DNA of 64,000 nucleotides, from NCBI GenBank assembly GCA_973895155.1, contig OZ316897.1, forward strand, positions 15,933,375 through 15,997,374, in the 5' to 3' direction. The translations under genes were made by a program, and so were the position numbers. Positions 12,527 through 22,868 of the stretch are shown piece after piece. Below the pieces are notes generated by a model. The model was not told where the DNA came from and ran no database searches. It saw nothing but the letters and a program-made list of their open reading frames with translations. How positions within the stretch are numbered: position 1 is the stretch's first letter; each line of letters begins with the position of its first letter. Origin of the DNA: Marsupella aquatica (lineage: Eukaryota > Plantae > Marchantiophyta).

Positions 12527-12950
12527 CCACTACGACAGAAAGACCCAATTGAAAGCATAACGTTTATTAATTAGGTTTACTGTTGTCACAAAGCCGGTCC
12601 AATATATTCTTTGGCCCTGTGCTATCGTAGAATATTGGAGCTTAGAATCATGTATGGGGGAAAATAAATATCGAGTGAGCCGTTAAATTCCTGAAAAGCA
12701 AAACAGTCTGAGCTCATCAACTGCAATGCTCTTGATTTCATTATTAATTAGCAGTGTAGGAAGGTTCGTCGGTAGGAAAATAGTCTGACGCTCTTCATTT
12801 ATTGCTACTGATGATTACATCATCAGTGTGTACGAAGTTTGTATAGCACGGTGCACGACTGCATGAGTTAAATTTTGTATAGATACCGCCTTTGGCGATG
12901 TGGGCTGCCGGTCCAATAGTAGCGACGATAATGAGATTTCCCCATCGGCC

Positions 12951-13004
12951 CATCCTGTTTTAAGTCCGCATCCTGTTTTAAGTCCGCATCCTGATTTAAG
13001 TCCC
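12951..13004. repeat. 3 x 18-bp tandem repeat at the left flank of the foldback element
   Basis: CATCCTGTTTTAAGTCCG x3 (third copy slightly variant); it contains the TSD sequence. Confidence 0.9.
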
Positions 13005-14019
13005 TGAGTTAAATATACATCAAGTTAATGCTCCTCCACTTCCGGGGTGCCATACACTGCCCATCTCAATCCTCGATACTGTTGCCCGCTCCGGCCCAAG
13101 TTTGGCAGAACATAAACCAATACTCTACGATTTAACGCATGCCTTCCGGTCCGATCGACTTTGTGCCATCTACTTCGGGTTTATGTTTTGGCACCCATCA
13201 CTTTTTGTCGGCCGCTCCAACCCGGTCGACTTTGTGTCATCAACTTTTTAGAAATAAGTGTTGCCAAGACATAAACCACAACTCCATAGAGAATAAGTAC
13301 TTGGCATAACATAAACCAAGAGTCTAGCAATCATGACTCTCAACCAAAGTATTAGGCTCCCCTTGAACACTTAGATTCTATTACAAAATAGGTATGACTC
13401 CATCGAAAAGAAGTGTTGCCAGAACATAAACCATGACTCCATCGAGAAGAAGCATTTGGAAAAACATCAACCAAGACTCTAGAATCATGACTCTTAACCA
13501 AAATACTAGGTTGTGCCTAAATGTTTAGACCGTCTTACTAAACAAACATCACTCCCTTGGAAAGAAGTGTTGCCAAAACATTAATCACAGAAGTGTTGCC
13601 AAAACATTAATCACAAGTCCATAGAAGATAAGTATTTGGCACAACATAAACCAAGACTCTATAAATCATGACTCTTAACCAAAGTACTAGGCTTGCCTTG
13701 AAACCTTAGACTCTCTTACAAAGAAAATATAACTATTGGAAGAGTTGTCAGAACATAAACCACGACTCCACAAGGAAGAAGTCGATGACACAAACTTAAG
13801 TCGTTCGGGCTGGAGCAAGCAAGTGTGCCAAAACATAAACCCGCAGTTGATGGCGCAAAGTCGATCGGGCCGGAGCGCATGCATTAAATCTTAGAGTATT
13901 GGTTTATGTTCTGCCAAACTTGGGCCTGAGCGAACAGGAGCATCGGGGATTGGGACGGGAAGTGTACAGCGCCCCGGGAAAGTGGGGGAGCATTAACTTG
14001 ATGTAGATTTAACTCAGGG
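13002..14019. mobile_element. Non-autonomous foldback/Mutator-like element with ~200-240-bp TIRs and internal subrepeats
   Basis: 13002-~13240 is the approximate reverse complement of ~13785-14019 (CCCTGAGTTAAAT...ATTTAACTCAGGG). Flanks TGATTTAAGT (12992-13001) and TGTTTTAAGT (14020-14029) form a 10-bp TSD with one mismatch. The interior is built of TTGCCA(A/G)AACATAAACC repeats. Confidence 0.85.
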
Positions 14020-14149
14020 TGTTTTAAGTCACTGAGCTCAACAATGTCTTCAAGTGCAAGCACATGAGATGAATGCAGAGAGAGCCTCAAGATTGGTTAA
14101 AATCCATGTGGCAGTGTATGATTTGCGCCTGACCCAGCTGAGTCAAACT

Positions 14150-14530
14150 AAACCAAGATCTATCAGATATCACTGGAAACCAAAGATCGAATGTTCTATT
14201 GCAGCACGGCCTTTCAAGCTAATCTAAACCTGACTGTGTTCTTGTTCTCCTTGACTCTTACATGGCGAAGACGTGCACCTGAAAGTTGTCCACTTAACAA
14301 GCGAAGTGAAATGTAAACCATGCAGTTGATAAAACGGCACCCTTAACAGCACTCCAGTAGCTGCGTGAAACAATGTCACATCGCGGCGTCACATGGAGTA
14401 GAGAAGTTCTTGGGGGTCAGCAGGCACTCCAGTCAAACTCACCACGGCTCCTGGAGTTCCTGTTAGAACTCTGTGCGAACCTCAACTCTTCGCTGCCCAG
14501 CTTTCACCCGAATTAATGCTCCAACTCAAA
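14150..14530 (-). pseudogene. Possible decayed BTB/POZ gene
   Basis: IRVKAGQRRVE then SHRVL (frameshift); HAATGVLLRVPFY. Confidence 0.35.
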
Positions 14531-15041
14531 ATTGAGTGTTCACGGTGCTAGCGATTGGGTTTGAAATTGGATTATGAATCAGTAACTACAGAGTCCAGAG
14601 CAACGTCCAGATTTATTTAGGAGGGGACGAACGCGCGACGTACACCTTCTCCTGACGGGGAGAGAGTAGCACAGTTGTTATAGAGCCTAAACCCTGTCAA
14701 CACACGATGTCATAAATACACTCGAGAATCAAATGTCTCTGGACGTGTGGAACAAAGGTAGGAATTTTCCAAAAGCTGCTGACATGTTCCGGCTCTAAAG
14801 TCTCGAAAGTGGCAAACTGAAACTTGAACGTTAAACAACGTACCGGATCGACATTCAAACAACAATACAATGATTAAATGTGGTAACAGCAAATTGAAGC
14901 AAACTAGGGTTAACAAAGAACGCATCCCCATGAAATTAATTTTCCTATCTAGCTATTGGCTGTATCGAGAGCAGGAATCCAAATATACCAGATGGTGAAC
15001 GTTTCAGACCTCGTTGGGCAGCAAGATTTCTTGGATCTAGT

Positions 15042-15587
15042 TCAATTTCTCAAACTGTAGGTGCTATGAGAGCAGATATGCCTCGCGTTTAGGTCACTTG
15101 ACCAGTTAGCAGTTAGTTTTGCAGCTTGAAGATAAGCGGGTTGGAAGCTAGAAGATATTTTCCAGCCCAGGGAATCAGAATTGTAACTCCATATGTACTG
15201 TGGGTGTTGGACAAGATCGCGATCATATTGTAGGTCGGGCAATATGTTTTTCAATAAAGTGGTAGAACACGGGTCATCGAGTCGTCTGTTATACGAAGTC
15301 GGGTTCAGGGTGATCGAGTTAAACTACCAGCTCAAGATCAACATTTGCCTATTCGAATAGGGGTTGAGATTGCGCGAAGGCTCCCAAGAGTGCCTTTATT
15401 TTAATTTTAAGTCACCAAAGTTCTTGTTGGACAACTTGGAGAGCTGGAATGGAGATTTCATTGAGAGTGAGCGGTGGGCATTTTCATTCAGAGTGAGCGA
15501 AGGAACTAGGTGCAGCTTTGATGTGCAGTTCATGAATAAGTTCTTGAGAAATTTATGTAGTACTAAGTGTATAGTGAGCATGAGCAA
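15042..15587 (-). pseudogene. Decayed BTB/POZ gene (best-preserved relic)
   Basis: One frame with two internal stops: LHLVPSLTLNENAHRSLSMKSPF..NFGDLKLK*RHSWEPSRNLNPYSN..TSYNRRLDDPCSTTLLKNI. This follows BTB motif order: AHRxxLxxxSPxF, IxI, FxY, KYxxxxLxxxC. Confidence 0.6.
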
Positions 15588-15639
15588 TCAGGACATCTCT
15601 CACATGGAAGGGCCGGGGAGCTTGGCTATGGTGTGTCCC

Positions 15640-15828
15640 TGCTAATATCACAGAGATGGTACTCATTGCCACGTGCTCCCAGCCAAAAGCATATCCAAAG
15701 GAATGCTAATATCAGAGAGATGGTACTCATTGCCACGTGCTCCCAGCCAAAAGCATATCCAAAGGAATGCTAATATCAGAGAGACGGTACTCATTGCCAG
15801 GTTCTCCCAGCCAAAAGCATATCCAAAG
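15640..15828. repeat. 3 x 64-bp tandem repeat with G-box (GCCACGTG) motifs
   Basis: Units start at 15640, 15704 and 15768; CACGTG is intact in the first two. Confidence 0.9.
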
Positions 15829-16076
15829 TAGCACTCGGACAAAGCCAACCTGAGATTTTGTGAGTTAAATAGCTCTCAGAGTTGTTTTACAGATACTCAT
15901 TTCTGGGATTAACTCACCACACATTTCTGAGTATCAGCCTCTACATTATACATATAACTCTAATGACAAAGCGTTCGGTTGACAGTTCCCTAAGTAAAGG
16001 AAAATATATCCTCGCCCTATTAATTTAATGGAAATTGCAATTTAAACACGCAGTGTTAATGTCTGTAACCTCTGGC

Positions 16077-16560
16077 TCACGTCAACCTGCTCCATCCCCA
16101 CCAGTACAGCTGAGAATGTTTCAAGTTCCACTCACGCCAGCTAATTCGGCTCACCTCGGAACAATAATAAACTATACTTAATCTGTGAGATTGAAAAGAG
16201 TGCCGGAACATGACAACAAAACGAAGCCTAAAATATGGAGACCTAGCAGCTGTCAGCTCAACACTCTCTTTACACCTAGACACCCAAGCGGGCACCTAAG
16301 CCCGTAATACGTACATCCAAGTTAGTGAAGATGGCTCGACGTACACTTGGAAATTCTTGACTCCAGATCAAATTACAATTGTCCGGCGTTCCAATTCCCA
16401 TCAAATTCCCGGTGCGCCACATTTCGGTCTTTAGAGGATTGCTTTCTGCGGGTAACAAACCGGACCGACTGTGTGGGACAGCAGCCACCAACTGACTAAA
16501 TCGATGAATGTGTTCGTTGAGCTCTGCATCTGGACAAACATTTTTCATTGTCTGAACAGT
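16077..16560 (-). pseudogene. Decayed BTB/POZ gene
   Basis: EHIHRFSQLVAA..SRS..LKTEMWRTG..IGTPD..SVRRAIF; downstream frame ELTAARSPYFRLRF. Confidence 0.5.
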
Positions 16561-17329
16561 GATGCACTTGTCCAGCTACAGCGGCATTGATTGGAATTGC
16601 GTGTCACAGACGTCTACGGGGAAGGGACCAAGGACATCCTCTATTCCATTAGCTTTTTGAATTCGAATTTAGTTGTAATTCAATTGTGTTTTCCTTACCT
16701 AGGAGGTTTGTTTTAAGGCCTCTAGTCATTTTTTTCTTTTTGACTCTCCTATACAGTTTACTCAGAATTTTCAGTTTGTTACTCTTAGACCCCACAGAAA
16801 AATACTTTGCTGTGCCCAGATTTAGGTGGTTTCTCAAGCTTTTAAACTGGACTTCAAGAATAAATCATTCTGCCCTTTTTGGGCCTTCATCTTTTGAATG
16901 GTTACAAAAACTAAAATCTGAAGAATTAAAGTATAGGTAACTCCGTTCTTTGGGCCCTCCTTTCTGTATGCTGTCTTTTTCATGGTTATAAAAGTAGACA
17001 GCAAACTAGGGAACAAATAATGACTTAGAAATTTCTTCCGGGTTATCAAGTTTCGAACGTCCATGGTGATGAAAGACAAATTTGTTGCGTGCGCAATGAA
17101 TGACACAGTCCACTATTAAATAATGGGGAAACCATGCAGTGTGCCTTACAAGTTAAGCTTATAGTCTTTGGTTTTTCTTTGATAGTGTGTTGATTTGTTT
17201 ACAGGTTTTGTCTTTTGTTGGCTCTTTTTCAGCAAATTTGTTATCTTTTGTGAGCTCACAAGTACTTTCGTTTCTTCTCTAAATTACTCTTCTCCATTTG
17301 TTTTAGGAAGGAACGAGATGGGTGTAATC

Positions 17330-17800
17330 TTATAAGGAGGATAAGGAGGAACAGGTCATCAGCTGGCAAACTAGAGCCTTTGCTCGGTTTTTCATTTCTA
17401 TCCTGGACAATCTCTGTCCAGCTAAATATACGTTCTGGGAAGGTGTGTGAACACCCGGAGTGGATGCCCTGTTCGGTGCATTGGTAATACACATTTATCA
17501 CTCCCAGGTATGAGGAGAGTGACGTACATTTAAAGCGCAGTGTTACTAATAGCAAATTTGTCCAGCATTTTGCGCAAGCACCGGGGCCAATCTCTAGCAC
17601 TAGGCATGTGATATTTAGAGATTACAAGATTGAAGGTATCAAAGGACGCAAAAAGGACTAACTCAAAGTAGTGAAGAAAATGATTGAGAATATCATTAAA
17701 GTCTAGCCTAACACTCTTCGCAAAAGGTTGGGTACACTTCCAAATGGGATTTCCTAAAAATTTTGGACACGCTTCCAAAGGTGCTGCATGTAAGATCTAC
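17330..17800 (-). pseudogene. Decayed CxxC-BTB gene
   Basis: EVYPTFCEEC (compare QVFPTFCEQC at 43.1 kb); YVTLLIPGSDKCVLPMHR; FPERIFS. Confidence 0.4.
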
Positions 17801-18449
17801 CCTTTTGACAATTTCAGTCAACAAACTATCTCATGTGGTATTTTTTTCTACTCTAATGGTTACTTTAGAAGAACTCGTGTCCTTTTTGCGGAGAAACCTA
17901 ATATCCTTTCAGTAACTCTCAAGCTTGCCTTCCACCAGACTTCAGATGCCTGCTTGGGTGTTTCTTGTCACATGGCAATCATAAGGAACGCACACGGAAT
18001 CACTCTTTGGGCAAATCAAGATATTTTCAGACGAAGCGGTGCAAAGAAAGGTAGCTCGTTACTTGAGCCCTGCGGCAAATGCAAGCGCATCATGATCATG
18101 ATCGACATCTCAATTCTAAGTTCAATCTTGTTGCTCCCTTTATTATTCAGCATCGTGCTTCCGAATTCAGGTTGAAATACGGTCTACTGTTTCGATGACC
18201 TAGTACGATTTAAGATCTACTGCTGTAAAGTCCAAGTCAAGAGACTGGTATAGTTCGCTATTAACGGCAGATATGGGAGATCGATCATGTTGTCAAATCA
18301 AGTTCGGCATTTCCTTCAAATGGGAACTGGAACCAAAGTGAGCTCATTATATATATATGCACACAACATGGGTTTAGTGCCAGGATTGAAAGGAGTCCAA
18401 GCCCCTCCTCTGGGCCATTCCTAGAGTATCCAATCTGATCTTACAACTA

Positions 18450-18800
18450 CTTCAATATTCGATTATTAGGGGCTCAGAGTCACTGTGGAGCGGAGGGATT
18501 CTACAGTTTCGTGAAGTAACTAATATCATCATCCGTTGTAGTGAATTCGACAAAGCTATCTCTATTGCAGGTTCCTTCGATGATATCGGCCACCAATCTC
18601 CTAGAAATGTGGCGTGAAGACTTGGAATTCGAATGACTCCTACTAGAGGCTGGAGTGTCAGTCCTGGCAAATTAACTCAGCCCACCAGCTTAACCAGGCT
18701 CTGGATCTTGATAACTCAACAACGGATTAGCCAATCAGAATGCAGGTTGTATACGCTTACGGCAGAGGTTGCCATGATAGAAATTGTTACATTGTGCCAA
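18450..18800 (-). pseudogene. Decayed BTB/POZ gene, head-to-head with PADRE gene 2
   Basis: WHNVTISI..VYNLHSDWLIRC*VI..GVIRIPSLHATFL..LQRMMILVTSRNC. Confidence 0.4.
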
Positions 18801-18911
18801 CTGACATGAAGTTCAGGTTAGGATCGATATGTTCTTGAGACGGTTGATTCGTTCTTTGCGCACGAGGGTGAGAGAAGTTCAGTCATAGAGTGGGTTAGTA
18901 GGAGAGCCTGG

Positions 18912-20183
18912 ATGGGTAACGCACTTGTCTGTTGTCCGCCTGCAACCACAGTGAAAGTGTATCATGGTGACAGTGGGCATCTGTTGAAATTCTCCTGCCG
19001 CCCAATACCATCTACAAAGCTGATGCGGCAGCACCCCAACTACCTTCTCGTCTATAGCGTTGTTCAGGTGGTGCAAACCGCAGCCGCAGCAGAGGGACGA
19101 GTTCCCCAGTACCAGGCGCATATTCGGGCCGTGCAACCAGGCGAGTTACTGGAGCTTGGTCAAACATACTTCCTGGTCTACACTCCTAACCAGCACAGAC
19201 GTGCATTCGCAACGTACTTCATTTTTTCACGGAGAAGCAGCTCGTCCACTCCAGCTTCTCCTCCACACAGCCAGGCGAGGTCTACTCAATCGATTCAGAA
19301 CCCAACATCGTTTCCACTATCTCGGGATGCATCTTCTCTACACAGCCCGGCGAGGGATATTCACTGGACTCGGAACCCAGCATCGTCCCCACGATCGCGG
19401 AATGCATCTCATGTATACAACAGCCCGACGGGAACTCCTCGCCCGATTCGTCGGAATCGAAGACTGTCTCCTCGAATTTTTTCTCGCCCACCAATTACTG
19501 CCATTCCTCGATCTCCTCTAGCGCCTTTCCTCCCGATGGCCACCCTTTGCCCCGAAAGAAGTGGGAGTATCCCAGAAATGGCGAGGCAGTCCATTTACAT
19601 CCCGAGCCCTCAGCGGGGCAGTCCGCGAGGAACGACGAGGGCGGCGAACGAGCAGCACCCGCCGGTGAATTCAGAACAGGCAAATAGAGTTCCAAGTCCT
19701 GGAGGGCTAAGTTCGCCTAGGCAAGAAACTTACGAGAGGATCATCAGCCGGAACTTACGGCAGCATCGTAACACATTAGCTAACATGATCAACGAGGACA
19801 TACAGCGATGTCCGAGCCCAGTAATGGAGAGCCCCGACAGAGCGATTCCATCGAGCTTATCCATGGGGAGTCCCGAGAGTGAAATTCCAACGAGTCCATC
19901 AATGGAGAGCCCCGAGAGAGCAATTCCACCTCAGCCTCAGGTGCAAGGTACGCGCAAAAGCATCAGAAACCACAACTTGCAGCAGCGAAAACCAGCTAAT
20001 ATATTAATGCGAAGCCCAGGGAGACCTATTGCAGGTCCGCAAGGCTCGCTGAGAAACATTCTCTACCGCAACTTGCATCAGCGGAGTCCATTGATGCAGC
20101 AGATCCCCGCAACATCGACGAGGAACTTCAACCAGCATCCAAGGGACTATTCACCATATCATCTGAACAAGAAGCCAGCATAG
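18912..20183 (+). CDS. PADRE/DUF4228 paralog, C-terminally truncated by a premature TAG (possibly pseudogenising)
   Basis: MGNALVCC..VKVYHGDSGHLLKF..LMRQHPNYLLVYSVVQ..LELGQTYFLV is closely similar to the 10706 gene. It lacks the terminal WxPxL motif in frame; decayed homologous tail sequence continues to ~20629. Confidence 0.75.
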   Translation: MGNALVCCPPATTVKVYHGDSGHLLKFSCRPIPSTKLMRQHPNYLLVYSVVQVVQTAAAAEGRVPQYQAHIRAVQPGELLELGQTYFLVYTPNQHRRAFATYFIFSRRSSSSTPASPPHSQARSTQSIQNPTSFPLSRDASSLHSPARDIHWTRNPASSPRSRNASHVYNSPTGTPRPIRRNRRLSPRIFSRPPITAIPRSPLAPFLPMATLCPERSGSIPEMARQSIYIPSPQRGSPRGTTRAANEQHPPVNSEQANRVPSPGGLSSPRQETYERIISRNLRQHRNTLANMINEDIQRCPSPVMESPDRAIPSSLSMGSPESEIPTSPSMESPERAIPPQPQVQGTRKSIRNHNLQQRKPANILMRSPGRPIAGPQGSLRNILYRNLHQRSPLMQQIPATSTRNFNQHPRDYSPYHLNKKPA

Positions 20184-20949
20184 ACCAGTTCAGTTTGCCG
20201 GAAAAGCCCAAGGGGATCGAGACCGACCAACAGTACGTGGGAAGATATTTTGCTGCGTCTGAAGGTCTTCATTGTCAAATCAGCAGGAAACTTACAATGG
20301 GCGCGTGAACTTGGAGGAGGCCCTGTCCTGTGTTTGCCGATAATTGATTGGGAATTGCAAATAAAGAGGAATTGAGAGCCTGCATGTGCTCCTGTAACTC
20401 CAGTGCCAAGTCCACGTGGTACTGGCATTTGCCGTGGGAAAGTCACGGACCTCATACGATGAGATTGAAGCCATGCTATTCGCATTTGCTCTTGGGGTCA
20501 GTCCAGGTCCGGGAACAGTATCCAACAATTTGAATTTGGAACTTCAAGCGCCGATGAATTGTTTGCGATTCGGGATTGCCTTTTAGAGTCTCACTCGATC
20601 CGCCTCCTCCTTTTTTCGTCGCAGCAGATGAGCGTGGGTCTTTATGGCACCCACGCTCGATCAAAACTTAAGTACTATCTTAGAGTACCTGACGAAGTCT
20701 GACCGATCGAGTTGAATGTAGACTTGTCAGTGAATAACCAGGATCGTCCACGACGTCCTGGCTTTTTTTTGTTTGGAATGTTCCTGTTTCTTAGTTATCA
20801 ACAGTCCCTGGCGCTGATTGTTCATTGAAAGTTTTGTACGTCGAAGATCATCGTACAGTAGTTGCACCTTAGTTTGTCAGCTTGAAGGTCTGAGCTCAAT
20901 ACCAATAAGATGGACAGTTTATATAGTTCCCTCATCAGATGAACGATGG

Positions 20950-21400
20950 GTGACGTTGATTAGAATTGTACTCCAATTGACCACATACTTATATAGTCTG
21001 TTCACAAAGTTCCTCAGCAGGAGACGTCAGCCTGACTCCAACTTGCGATCAATGCAATTGACTGCATGAGCATTCTATAAAGTTTCCTCAGCACGAAATT
21101 CTTTGAGCTGAATTTGCCTCAAAGTAGTTAATGAAGCTCAATCTCGATGTAAGGGCTCTGTGCATAATAGTAGTGAAGCCTGTAAAGTTTCACCATCTCG
21201 ATGTATCAGATGTTCATTGATTATGAATTTTGTTCTAGAGCAAACAGATCAACAAGACACCTACAGCCAGAAAATTCTGCAGGTTGATGCAACTATTGTA
21301 ATAAGGTGTGATATGCAAACAGACGGACACTCGAGTCGGGGTTTTTGCACCTGGCTTTGCATCACAACCTGATTGACATGATCTGCAACTCGCAGATCAC
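20950..21400 (-). pseudogene. Possible decayed BTB/POZ gene
   Basis: DSSVRLFAYHTLL; MNI*YIEMVKLYRLHYYY; AEELCEQTI (other frame). Confidence 0.3.
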
Positions 21401-22621
21401 ATGAGCAAAATGTGCACGAGATTTGTCCGCTCGATCACCCAAATTAAGCGAATCTTCGTCTGTATCCGCAATATCTTCGTTAGAATTTTCTTCTATTAGA
21501 AATGCGTGATTTCTTAATTGTCCATCATTAGTCGACACAATTATCTCGATGCTTCGAACAATCATAAATGCAAGGTGTCAGTGGAAGACTGAGGAAGTTA
21601 TGTATTGGAGCAATCACTTGCGATGTTCGAGTTATATTTTAGAGCAACTCAGTGGTGGAACGTGGATAATTAGCGATCCAACACGAAACTATGTAGGACT
21701 TGTAATGCAATGTGCTGGACTGTTGATCCGTAGTAGCTCATGGTGCGATGTAACCAATGGAACACGGGATGGAACGTCTTGCTTTTGAAGGAAAGAAAGG
21801 AATCATTCACTGACAGACAAATGCATGGGTTTGTAGTTTGTAGTTTGTAGAAAAACTGGAACACTTGTGCAAGAAATGAAACCGGTCAAGAGAGATTGAA
21901 AGGTTAGTAGTACTAAATTTGTTGAACTTCACCTTGAAGCGTTGCGAGGAAAGCTGAACCATGAAATATTGTGAGTTCACTTGTGAAAGCAAATTATTGG
22001 AGTCGAGAACGAAGCTATGTTGCAAGTTGTAAGAAAGTGCAAATTCAGGTGTTGTGGAGGGCATCATTATGAAGTGTCTCAGTCCCATTTCTTTTCTTTT
22101 CACAATGTGAAGTTCAGCAATGAGATATTTCATCCAAGAACTCTTTTCCATGGAGGAATCTTTGCACGGGGCCAGCCGCCCAGCCCAGCCTCCATAGAGT
22201 TAATTGCGTGCACAGTCATGCACTTATCATTACGTAGATGACAAGTTACATTCCTGGATATTAAGTGTGTTCTAGAGTGCATCATAACACCAGTTGCAAG
22301 ATGCTCGAATGGTGCTTAAAGCAAGAGGACCTGAGATTTCACTTTAATATATACCTAGCACAAAACATTTCACAGGTTCAGGCAGTGTGAGGCAAGGGAG
22401 GGAGCTAAGTGCTAGGGCCAAGGTCCCAGTAGCCCAAGTGCCGGGCGAGTGTGGCCCAGGCTCTGGCTCCCATGCCGTTTAGGGTGAGTGAGGCTCAGGG
22501 TTCAGGGGAGCTAAGTCCCAAGGCAAGGAGCCCAAAGGAAGGGTGCAGGATGCAGGCTTAGGGCTGTGTTGCATGTGATGGTCCTTAGAATTCAGGCCTC
22601 TACATTCCAGAACATGTTGAG

Positions 22622-22868
22622 AAAAAGTAAATTTTGATTATTCACAAGATCTCTATAAATGATTTGTGTGATTTTTTCTTGTAAAGTAAAGTACTTTGTT
22701 TGTGATGAAATTTGAAGGTCTTGAAGGAAAGGGCTTGCGAAAAAAGTAGATTTTGTTGAAAAAAGTAGATTTTGTTTGTCCACAAGATCTCTGTAAATGA
22801 TCTGTGTTTGTTCTTGTAAAATACTTTGTTTTGTGATAAAATTTGAAAGTCTTGAAGGGAAGGCTTGG
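22622..22868. repeat. Degenerate tandem duplication of ~135 bp
   Basis: AAAAAGTA.ATTTTG..CACAAGATCTCT.TAAATGAT..GAAATTTGAA.GTCTTGAAGG occurs twice. Confidence 0.75.
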
